A stretch of DNA of 29,696 bases, taken from an uncultured Bacteroidales bacterium (GTDB taxonomy: Bacteria; Bacteroidota; Bacteroidia; Bacteroidales; UBA10428). The stretch covers positions 1 through 29,696 of the forward strand of contig CAZFHF010000001.1 of NCBI GenBank assembly GCA_964518655.1, given 5' to 3'. Positions within the stretch are counted from its first letter, which is position 1, and the number at the start of each line of letters is the position of its first letter. Positions 10,901-17,997 of this stretch are shown here, in pieces. The notes below the pieces were generated by a model. That model was not told the DNA's origin and did no database searches. It worked only from the letters and a program-made list of their open reading frames with translations. A program made the translations under genes and the position numbers.

Positions 10901-11016
10901 TCGCAGACGGCACAGCCAAAGAATCTCCGGAAACCTCCCTCCAGGAACCCGGGCAAACCAAACAGGAAGCCAAGCCAAAGGTTCCCAACGGCCGGCAGAT
11001 GACCCTTGAATGGTAA
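7978..11016 (+). CDS. parC: DNA topoisomerase IV subunit A with a long acidic C-terminal tail
   Basis: 1012 aa with DGLKPVQRRIL, HPHGDASI and catalytic AAARYIEARL motifs, a C-terminal pinwheel region, and a ~165-aa E/A/D-rich tail. Confidence 0.93.
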   Translation: MNEENQENINGQLENGDDILELGDSAFESSTASTHVTRLSGMYQEWFLDYASYVILERAVPHLDDGLKPVQRRILHSMKRLDDGRYNKVANIIGHTMQFHPHGDASIGDALVQLGQKELLIDTQGNWGNVLTGDGAAAARYIEARLSKFALDVVFNPKTTAWKNSYDGRNKEPVTLPVKFPLLLAQGVEGIAVGLASKILPHNFNEIIDAAIAHLQDKKFELLPDFPTGGLGDFSKYNDGLRGGVVKVRAKISRLDKKALIITEVPFGRTTSSLIESIVKANERGKIKIKKIDDNTAENVEIMIHLAPGISPDKTIDALYAFTDCEISISPNICVIENDKPRLLGVPEILKLSVQKTVDLLKRELEIRLEELEDAWHMSSLEKIFIENEIYEDIKKCKTEEEILEAIDKGLEPFKKKLLKEVTWDDLVRLSNIPIKRISKYSSMKADEAIKGIEADIEEVKNHLDNIIPYTINYYRQIKKKHGAGRERKTEIRNFDTIIATKVVVANEKLYVNRAEGFLGTSLRKDEYVCDCSDIDDIIVIRRDGKYLISRVTEKSFVGKDIVYVDVFKKNDTRTIYNIVYRDGKSGNVMMKRCAITGLIRDNEYDLTKGREGSRILYLSANPNGEAETVRVHLKPRPRLRNLTPEVDFGKMAIKGRSSVGNILTKYTVQKVVLKEKGVSTLGGRKVWFDEDVNRLNADGRGRFLGEFKGEDKLLVITKSGRFRLSSFDLTNHFEDDLLIIEKYYPDKIFSAVYYDAAHKYYYVKRFVTEPTEKPSSFIGNHPESRLIRITEVEYPRFELKFGGDHSHRNNEIIEVAEFIGIKSYKAKGKRLSKYEVSIVKELEPLIADVKEVAVDEASGEAAAGKTAASTAEADTDAAGEAVDKAVEEAADESADEAQNESVVDKTVSGEKEEEEETDETEEEEAGEEIADQAVGKEAKMEDEEKEEEENILEVEDEDPEETTRKTTGKAAKKFADGTAKESPETSLQEPGQTKQEAKPKVPNGRQMTLEW

Positions 11017-11038
11017 AAAGGGGACAGTCACCTTTTTT
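11015..11038 (+). repeat. Dispersed GGGACAG palindrome, subtype A
   Basis: AAAAAGGGGACAGTCACCTTTTTT overlapping the parC TAA. Confidence 0.85.
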
Positions 11039-11145
11039 AAATAACAAATCTCAAATCACATAATTCAAATAATCTCCAAATACCAAAAAATAAACCTGCC
11101 TTCGCCGATTATCAATGAAGTCGGTAACAGGTGTTTTTACTTCGC

Positions 11146-11153
11146 TATATTTG
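11146..11153 (+). promoter_or_regulatory. Putative -7 promoter box upstream of the 11296 gene
   Basis: TATATTTG; a second candidate, TACTTTTG, lies at 11217-11224. Confidence 0.35.
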
Positions 11154-11295
11154 TTTATAATATTGATTATGAGCAATTAATGCTGGATATTATTTGCTAA
11201 ATACTACAATTTCCATTACTTTTGTATTTGCCAGGTTAAGGAAAGAAACAAGCAAAGAATATACATAATTAATATTGTAATACAGAATATGCATC

Positions 11296-12918
11296 ATGAA
11301 GGTAAAACTTTTCTCATTTCTGGTTATGGCAATTACAATTTCAAATTTACACGGACAATTTCCCTTTGATACTTCATTGGTAGCTTATTGGCCGTTTAAT
11401 GCGAATGCTTTTAATGAAAGCGGGAATGGTTATAATGGTATTGTATATGGTGCTGTTGTAACAAGCGACAGATTTGGTATCCCAAGGAGTGCTTTTGATT
11501 TTGCAGGCGGAGACAGGTTTATTAATTTTGGTAACATACTAAATAATGTTATTGCCGGTTACGGCAAGAAATTTTCAATTTCTGCCTGGATAAAGCCTGA
11601 TACTTCAATGAATAATAACATTATTATAGCGAAATCAGCAGATGACGGTTGTGATGAAGATCACAGGCAATTCAAATTAAGAATATTCCCTCATAACAAG
11701 TTAAGTTTCACTTTTATTTCAAGTCTTACTGAAGCTTATTACAGAAGAGTTATCACATACAATGAAATTGATGATACATCAAAATGGTATCATATTGCAG
11801 TTACTTATGACGGGACTATAAGCACCAATGACGGAATGGACAGGGTTAACCTATATATAAACTCCGATAAACAAGATACGTATCTGGATCCACAGGGCCC
11901 TCTGGGTGATATTCAATTTGGGGAAACACATCTGGGCATTGGCAATTTCCTTACACCTTATGGAAATTCATGCCAGGATACAACATCATTTGAAGGAAAG
12001 ATAGATGATGTGCGAATATATGATTGTGTACTGGATAGCTCAGCAATCAGGCAACTTTACGAAGAACCAAATCCAGCTGTTGATGGATTGACAATCGACA
12101 GTACTTCAAGTTGGATAGGATATGAATGGTATACAGATATAGGTATGTGCAGTGTAGAATTCTACAATAAAATATATTTCAAAGGCGATACTGTAATTAA
12201 TGATACAACATATTACAGAATGTATAAATCAGGGAAGAAAGAGGAATGCTGGCATGGATATGGCTGTGAAGGTTGGGAATTTTTTAAAAATATATATGCA
12301 GGTTCAATATTGGAAATAGAAGAAAAGATCATCGCAGTATTGCCTAATGATTCAGTGAGTTGTATTTTATATGACTTCAGCTATTCTATCAATGACACTA
12401 TCAAATCTGAAATCGGCAAAGGTTTAATAATTCAGGATATTGATACATTGCCTGACGGAAGAAAAAAATTTATAACAGATAATCCTGACTTCCATACAAT
12501 TGAAGGGATTGGAGGAAGTTTGGGCTTATTGATTGATTTTTCAAGCGAGGTTGATTATTGCGGTGGTTTATTTGATGCCAAACTGGGATGTTATTATCAA
12601 AATGATAAGCTAATATTTGTAAATGATATGGATATATGTAATGTTGATCTTCCTCAAATAGTGTTAACCAAAATTGAAGCGCTTAATATAAAAATATATC
12701 CTAATCCTGCAAAAGAAGATATCACAGTTGATCTCGGGCAATTATACAATGAGGTCACACTTACAGTAAAAAATATTCTGGGACAAAACATATCTTCCCT
12801 TTCCTTTGGGCTTACTGACAGGATCAATTATAAACTTAAAGGGCCTAAAGGTTTATACCTGATAGAGATTTACACACGTGAAGGTAAAACAGCAAAATTC
12901 AAAGTAATTAAGGATTAA
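11296..12918 (+). CDS. Secreted LamG-like jellyroll (Laminin_G_3-type) protein with T9SS type A sorting domain
   Basis: Signal peptide; LVAYWPFNANA..ESGNGYNG; FSISAWIKP; WYHIAVTY; FEGKIDDVRIY; a second unknown module; C-terminal IYPNPAKE...GLYLIEI...KVIKD. Confidence 0.85.
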   Translation: MKVKLFSFLVMAITISNLHGQFPFDTSLVAYWPFNANAFNESGNGYNGIVYGAVVTSDRFGIPRSAFDFAGGDRFINFGNILNNVIAGYGKKFSISAWIKPDTSMNNNIIIAKSADDGCDEDHRQFKLRIFPHNKLSFTFISSLTEAYYRRVITYNEIDDTSKWYHIAVTYDGTISTNDGMDRVNLYINSDKQDTYLDPQGPLGDIQFGETHLGIGNFLTPYGNSCQDTTSFEGKIDDVRIYDCVLDSSAIRQLYEEPNPAVDGLTIDSTSSWIGYEWYTDIGMCSVEFYNKIYFKGDTVINDTTYYRMYKSGKKEECWHGYGCEGWEFFKNIYAGSILEIEEKIIAVLPNDSVSCILYDFSYSINDTIKSEIGKGLIIQDIDTLPDGRKKFITDNPDFHTIEGIGGSLGLLIDFSSEVDYCGGLFDAKLGCYYQNDKLIFVNDMDICNVDLPQIVLTKIEALNIKIYPNPAKEDITVDLGQLYNEVTLTVKNILGQNISSLSFGLTDRINYKLKGPKGLYLIEIYTREGKTAKFKVIKD

Positions 12919-12935
12919 AAGTGACAGACACCTTT
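12917..12935 (+). repeat. Dispersed GGGACAG palindrome, subtype A variant
   Basis: AAAAGTGACAGACACCTTT overlapping the TAA of the 11296 gene. Confidence 0.75.
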
Positions 12936-13175
12936 ACAATTTTCTTTTAATAAAATACAAATCTCAAATTTCCAATAGCAAACTCATCCCTTCACGCCTG
13001 AGACTATATATATAACAATTCAACAATATAGTAATTAAGTTTTTACATGGTGAAGCTTGGAATATATATTTATTTTCGTATATTTAATGTAATAAAGTTT
13101 TGTATATTAACAAGTTAAGTTAGCTCACATAAAGGCAGCCAAATTCAAATATTAATTATGTCTAAATAAATAAAA

Positions 13176-14156
13176 ATGAAAACCAGAATCTTTTTGTTAC
13201 CATTAATTTTAGTTGCCCTGCTATGTTCCTGTGAAAGAAATAAAGATAAAAATTCAGGGCCGGTAAAAAATACCCATAGAATAAAACAAGCATTATACGA
13301 TTATAATGAGGAAAATGACTGGAAATCGGTTTTTACCTACGATGGCGAACAGTTGATCATGATAGTGAATTATGAAGATGACGGTGATGGCTGGGCAGAA
13401 TCTGACAAATTAGAAATTACTTATAATGATCCGGATTTTACACTTACATGGTATACTAAAGAATCCGGAAGCTGGGAATTGTATTCCAGGAGTGAATATG
13501 CTGTTGAAAACGGCCTGTTAGCAGAAGAATTTTACTACAGATATGAAGACGGGGAATGGGTTGAGAATTGGAAATGGACATATGAATATTCAGGAACTGA
13601 CATTATTGAATGGATGGGTTATTTTGACAATGACGACGATGGCTCTGTTGAACTGGATAGCAAAGGGGAATATTTATATGAGGAAAACAGACTGGTTGAG
13701 TATAAAGCTTATTATAAGGACGACTCAGATGACTGGGTGCAATATGACAAGGAAACATTCCAGTATTCAGGTTTGATCCTGTCAGGCTGGATCGATTTTG
13801 AACAGGATGAATTTGACGACTGGGTTGAAGAATATAAATGTGAATATTTATATTCCGGTAATCTTATCTCCGAAGCAGTATATTATAATTGGGATTATGA
13901 ATCAGACGACTGGGAGGCCGAACCTTATACCGTGACCTACGGCTATGACGTCAATGGTTACATGATAGAAAGAATGAATGACAGTGAAGACCAGTTCACA
14001 TATGAATATGAGCAAGGCCATGGAAATGCCGCATTCTTCTGGTATTATCCAGAAGAACTGGTTTATGGCGAACCGGCATTAAAAAGTACAGAGGCAAAGA
14101 AAAAATATGTGCCTTATTATGAAAGAATAAGACATACTTCTCATATTTATAACTAA
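13176..14156 (+). CDS. Putative lipoprotein with acidic Trp/Tyr-rich beta-hairpin repeats
   Basis: Lipoprotein signal (…VALLCSC) followed by ~30-aa repeats of the form W...K.E(Y/F).Y.G..L..Y..Y...D. Family not assigned. Confidence 0.75.
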   Translation: MKTRIFLLPLILVALLCSCERNKDKNSGPVKNTHRIKQALYDYNEENDWKSVFTYDGEQLIMIVNYEDDGDGWAESDKLEITYNDPDFTLTWYTKESGSWELYSRSEYAVENGLLAEEFYYRYEDGEWVENWKWTYEYSGTDIIEWMGYFDNDDDGSVELDSKGEYLYEENRLVEYKAYYKDDSDDWVQYDKETFQYSGLILSGWIDFEQDEFDDWVEEYKCEYLYSGNLISEAVYYNWDYESDDWEAEPYTVTYGYDVNGYMIERMNDSEDQFTYEYEQGHGNAAFFWYYPEELVYGEPALKSTEAKKKYVPYYERIRHTSHIYN

Positions 14157-14178
14157 TTATTTACTTAAAAATACAAAG

Positions 14179-14625
14179 ATGAATAATGAACCAGACTTAA
14201 CTAAAAAGAAAAACACAACATCATTGCTGATTGGCGTTGCGCTTCTGATAATAGGATTAATATTGCCTTTTGTTGCAGCCAGTTTATCACCTGGTAGTAT
14301 TTACAGGTCTGCAAACGCATTTTTAATATCCGGACTTGTAAACCTGATAGGTATAATTTCTGTTTTGATCGGTTTCTTGTTATCAATAAAATATTCTATT
14401 CTTCTTGGTTTGAAACCCTTAATAATTGTAATAAATATCATCAGGCTGATATATGGTTTATTCCTGGTTTATTCTTTTATGGGGGCTATTTATATTTACG
14501 GCCAGTCACAATATTATGCCGGATTGATGGTTTTAGTCTCAGTGGTATTTTTAATAATTGCGGTGGTGCTTGTCATAAAAAGTTTCATATTATTTTTTAA
14601 GAAAAATTTAGGGGTCGCATATTAA
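14179..14625 (+). CDS. Hypothetical membrane protein (about 4 TM)
   Basis: 148 aa with four long hydrophobic stretches and an A-rich start context. Confidence 0.7.
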   Translation: MNNEPDLTKKKNTTSLLIGVALLIIGLILPFVAASLSPGSIYRSANAFLISGLVNLIGIISVLIGFLLSIKYSILLGLKPLIIVINIIRLIYGLFLVYSFMGAIYIYGQSQYYAGLMVLVSVVFLIIAVVLVIKSFILFFKKNLGVAY

Positions 14626-14767
14626 AAGTACGGGTGGAAGTATTGGAATAATAAGAATCTTAAAGGACTGGCACCACAAACAGTAAAAAAGGTAAATAAT
14701 ACACTTGTTTTTAAAACTATTATTATTTTTATATTCAATCCCTTAAGTTAAACCTAAAATTCTAATC

Positions 14768-15211
14768 ATGAAAAAAATTAACAGTACTTTAGGTATTATC
14801 TCAGTGATTGTACTTATTGCTGGTGCTTTGATGAAAATATCCCACATTAAATATGCCAGCATTGTTCTCGATCTTGGCGCACTGGGTTTTCTGGCTCAGT
14901 TTATTACCTATTTGATCCTTGGTATCAAACCTTTAACAACTACTCTTGAAAAATCATCAGGGATTGCAGGCGGTATTACTATGTGTATAATAGCAATAGG
15001 TTTCATGTTCAAAACTATGCACTGGCCGGGTGCAAATGTATTTGTTAATGTGTCCCAGTTAGGATTAGTGGTAACCAGTATTCTGCTGATCGCGGATTCT
15101 ATAAAAGAAACAGACAAAGTAAAACAAAGTATCAAGACATTGTTTGCATTCACTCTGATCCTTCTAACAATAATTTTGTTCTTCATGACACAGATGATGT
15201 ATCAGCGCTGA
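14768..15211 (+). CDS. Membrane protein with two GldL N-terminal-like motifs
   Basis: GALMKISHIKYA and GFMFKTMHWPGA match the G..FKI.HWPGA pattern of GldL-like N-termini. There is no GldL cytoplasmic coiled coil. Confidence 0.65.
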   Translation: MKKINSTLGIISVIVLIAGALMKISHIKYASIVLDLGALGFLAQFITYLILGIKPLTTTLEKSSGIAGGITMCIIAIGFMFKTMHWPGANVFVNVSQLGLVVTSILLIADSIKETDKVKQSIKTLFAFTLILLTIILFFMTQMMYQR

Positions 15212-15230
15212 TTCCGGGAAACATAAAATG

Positions 15231-15262
15231 AAACAGCGCCCTAAAGGGGCGCTGTCCCTTTT
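15231..15262. repeat. Inverted doublet of the GGGACAG repeat (subtype B) between convergent genes; possible bidirectional terminator
   Basis: Full minus-strand copy AAAAGGGACAGCGCCCCTTT (15243-15262) directly after the TAG of the 15263 gene, plus a partial plus-strand copy. ACAGCGCCC(15233-41)/GGGCGCTGT(15247-55) form a 9-bp stem. Confidence 0.8.
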
Positions 15263-16267
15263 CTAAGACTCCTCTTTTTTCGCTATTAATTTATTAAGAT
15301 CAGATTGAATGAGTGCTGCTGTCACAGGGAAAAACACTATTGTGAACAACAATATCACCCACTTCCTGTATATCCGGATACCTTTATCCCCGCAATATTC
15401 CTCCATCACATCATAAAAAGTTGTAGTTATGATTGGTAAGGTTACCGTGAATAACAGAGTAATCCAAAATGCGCCCCTTCTTGATAATAATTTCGGTGAC
15501 CGGGTAAAACAGCTAAGGTCGCTATGGATCTTATATATGAAATATAAAGCATATACAGGTATGATATTGAGCAAAAAAGTAATAGCTACGTCCTGTCTGT
15601 ATGCATCATGCTGTATTATTCTTTGTTTGGGCTCTTTATCAAATAATGCATTTTTTATTGGTATCAGAAATATCGTTCCAATAATAAGTTGTGTAACCGG
15701 AACGGTTTTTAATAACATTAAACTTGCATCTGCAAGATGAGAAGACTCAAGGTTTGTTAATAGCCCTGCTGTAACAAAAGAAATTGACGAATGTTGTATT
15801 CTTTCGTAAACCAGAATTATCACGTATAAACCGGCAAAAACACTCATCCCTGCCCTTCCGCCGGCAATGATGGATGGTATAATTAACAGAACCGAACTAA
15901 ATCCAAATCCCCACAAAGCAGCTCCGATATATTGAATCGTATAATCCTTCCCTGTAAAATATAATACCAGGAAACTTCCTATAATCTGAAGTAAAGCCAT
16001 GCCAACCAGGCAAGCTTTAACTTCTCCAAATTTCATTATTATCCAGCCAATAAGAAATCCTGCTAATCCGCTTAAAGTCAGAATCGAAAAAATAACACCT
16101 GTGTGGAATGCACTTATGCCCAGCCTATAAGTAAAGCTGTAATAGGATGAACTAAAAAATGCATATGCTGATATACTAAAGAGGAAGAATATCACCAGGC
16201 CCCAGAATGTATAAGCACTTATCTGGTCCGCCCAGGTCCATGCATGATTCGGATTTTCATTTTTCAT
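15263..16267 (-). CDS. Membrane protein: ~6-TM MFS-like half fused to a DUF4234-like C-terminal domain
   Basis: 334 aa with six N-terminal hydrophobic helices, then ITFLLNIIPVYALYFIYKI...ALIQSDLNKL resembling DUF4234. Family assignments are from pattern recall. Confidence 0.6.
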   Translation of the reverse strand: MKNENPNHAWTWADQISAYTFWGLVIFFLFSISAYAFFSSSYYSFTYRLGISAFHTGVIFSILTLSGLAGFLIGWIIMKFGEVKACLVGMALLQIIGSFLVLYFTGKDYTIQYIGAALWGFGFSSVLLIIPSIIAGGRAGMSVFAGLYVIILVYERIQHSSISFVTAGLLTNLESSHLADASLMLLKTVPVTQLIIGTIFLIPIKNALFDKEPKQRIIQHDAYRQDVAITFLLNIIPVYALYFIYKIHSDLSCFTRSPKLLSRRGAFWITLLFTVTLPIITTTFYDVMEEYCGDKGIRIYRKWVILLFTIVFFPVTAALIQSDLNKLIAKKEES

Positions 16268-16486
16268 AACTTGGTCTCCTGTTTTTAAATTTATTTAATA
16301 AACTGATCATCAACCGGATTGTTTTTTACAGTCCGTCAAATATCAGATTATAAATAAAATGATTAGTATTCAATGAATTAAAGTATTATTAATTGCATAA
16401 ATAACATAAGATGGATATTGAATTATCTTATAATAATAATGCAAATTAATTTAAAAAGTGACATGACACAAATTATTGGGAATTTT

Positions 16487-16508
16487 AAAGAGGGACAGAC
16501 ACCTTATT
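16487..16508 (+). repeat. Dispersed GGGACAG palindrome, subtype A, orphan intergenic copy
   Basis: AAAGAGGGACAGACACCTTATT; a degenerate AAAAAGTGACATGACAC lies at 16453-16469. Confidence 0.65.
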
Positions 16509-16657
16509 GATTAACGATTCTTGATCCAGGATATGTCAACGCCCAAATAAGGTTTCCCTTTTTATTATTCCCCTTTATAAAGCGGGGTTGGAGCATATTT
16601 GGAAATTGAAAATTCAGCAATTCACTCTATGAAATCCGGTAAAGAGTTAATACCCCA

Positions 16658-16694
16658 TGTATTATACAACAGTGTATAATTTGTATTACACAAC
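16658..16694. promoter_or_regulatory. Candidate transcription-factor operator array
   Basis: Perfect inverted repeat ATTATACA-ACAG-TGTATAAT (16661-16680) and direct repeat TGTATTA(T/C)ACAAC at 16658-16670 and 16682-16694. Confidence 0.55.
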
Positions 16695-16776
16695 CGTTTT
16701 AGTATATTTAGTATATTAAAGTTTTGGATATTGGTAAGTTTTAGAACATTAAAAGTTAACATAAACAACAAAGCAA

Positions 16777-17127
16777 ATGTTTGAAAATAAAAAAAATAGC
16801 CTGCTTCCTTTTTCCTTGTTTATAAAAAGGGTCTTAAAGTACTTTTTTTATACGTTGATTATTATAGGTTTTTCTTTGCTGACAGGTACTCTGGGATATC
16901 ATTATATTGCCAGGCTGGCCTGGATTAATTCCTTTTATAATGGGTCAATGATATTAACAGGAATGGGTCCTGTGGATGTTATGATCAATAATTCGGCAAA
17001 ATTGTTTTCGTCATTCTATGCTTTATTCAGCGGTGTTGCATTTCTAAGTACCATAGCAGTTTTATTTGCACCCATTGCCCACAGGTTTTTACACACATTT
17101 CACCTGGAAGAAAATAATTCAAAGTAA
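16777..17127 (+). CDS. Small 2-TM ion-channel-like (Ion_trans_2-like) protein
   Basis: 116 aa with layout TM - W..SFYN.SMILTGMGP - K.F...Y...G TM, as in pore-loop channels but with a non-canonical filter. Confidence 0.6.
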   Translation: MFENKKNSLLPFSLFIKRVLKYFFYTLIIIGFSLLTGTLGYHYIARLAWINSFYNGSMILTGMGPVDVMINNSAKLFSSFYALFSGVAFLSTIAVLFAPIAHRFLHTFHLEENNSK

Positions 17128-17136
17128 AACTGACTG

Positions 17137-17673
17137 ATGCATATAATAATTATTTATCTGGGCATATTATTCGGAATTTTTATTGAAGGTGAAATGATAA
17201 TGATATCTTCAATTATTGCTGCTCATCACGGGTATCTGAACCTTTGGCTGGTGGTAGTACTGGGATTGTCAGGAACATATTGTTCCGATTGCTTTTACTT
17301 CTTTCTTGGCAGAAAAAAGGGCAGGGCCTGGTTAAATAAGAAACAGAAATTAAAAAACAAAGCAGTTATAGTCGATAAGAAGTTGAAAAAATCACCTGTA
17401 GTTATTTACATTAGCTACCGGTTTTTGTATGGATTCAGAACCATTATCCCCCTGGTTATCGGCGCCGGTTCAACAAAAACAAGGACATTTCTGTTTTTCA
17501 GTGCGGTAAGTACGTTTATCTGGGCTGTTTTATATTGCACAATAGGGTACTTATTCGGGGAAATACTAAAATCAGAACAGGGACATATAGAGCATATTGA
17601 AAAGTATATAATCGGTGTTTTATTGCTAGCAGGTATAATATTTATAGCAATAAAAAGACTGAAAAAAAAGTGA
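17137..17673 (+). CDS. DedA family (VTT domain) membrane protein
   Basis: FIEGE...AAHHGYL...GTYCSDCFYFFLGR, SYRFLYGFRTIIPLVIG, SAVSTFIWA..Y..IGYLFG. Confidence 0.9.
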   Translation: MHIIIIYLGILFGIFIEGEMIMISSIIAAHHGYLNLWLVVVLGLSGTYCSDCFYFFLGRKKGRAWLNKKQKLKNKAVIVDKKLKKSPVVIYISYRFLYGFRTIIPLVIGAGSTKTRTFLFFSAVSTFIWAVLYCTIGYLFGEILKSEQGHIEHIEKYIIGVLLLAGIIFIAIKRLKKK

Positions 17674-17871
17674 TATCCCACTGCATAAAAAAATCCTGGC
17701 TGGCAACAGGCGAACAGGTGAAACAGCAGTTATAATAAAAATCACAGCCGGCTTTAACTTATATGCAACATTTCATATGTTGTATACGTAATCTCTGCTC
17801 AGAATAAGCAAATATTTACCTGGCGGTTAAAAAATATCTGCAAAAATGAGGCGCATATTGAAATATATATT

Positions 17872-17879
17872 TAAATTTG
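17872..17879 (+). promoter_or_regulatory. Putative -7 promoter box for the corA transcript
   Basis: TAAATTTG, 118 nt upstream of the corA ATG, implying a long 5' leader. Confidence 0.55.
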
Positions 17880-17903
17880 CCCTCCTAATAAAAATTCACG
17901 AAT

Positions 17904-17942
17904 ATGGACGCAGACCCTTATAATAGTACAACAAAATATTAA
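17904..17942 (+). CDS. Candidate corA leader peptide MDADPYNSTTKY
   Basis: ATG..TAA ORF of 12 codons with an A-rich upstream context, inside the predicted corA 5' leader. Translation is inferred, not shown. Confidence 0.4.
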   Translation: MDADPYNSTTKY

Positions 17943-17958
17943 CTATTCTGTAAGGGGC

Positions 17959-17996
17959 ATTATGTCTTCTTGCAGAAAAAAGTGAGGAGGCATAAT
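17959..17996 (+). promoter_or_regulatory. Hairpin occluding the corA ribosome-binding region
   Basis: 13-bp stem 17959-17971/17984-17996 (3 G-U pairs) covering AGGAGG (17985-17990) and ending 1 nt before ATG 17998. Confidence 0.55.
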
Positions 17997-17997
17997 A

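Noticed and set aside
16439-16510. 23-codon ORF reading through the 16487 repeat (MQINLKSDMTQIIGNFKEGQTPY)
   Set aside because: Too short, no recognisable features, expected by chance in AT-rich DNA.
16570-16587. CCCCTTTATAAAGCGGGG imperfect palindrome
   Set aside because: Single bulged copy; cannot assign it to a repeat family or function.
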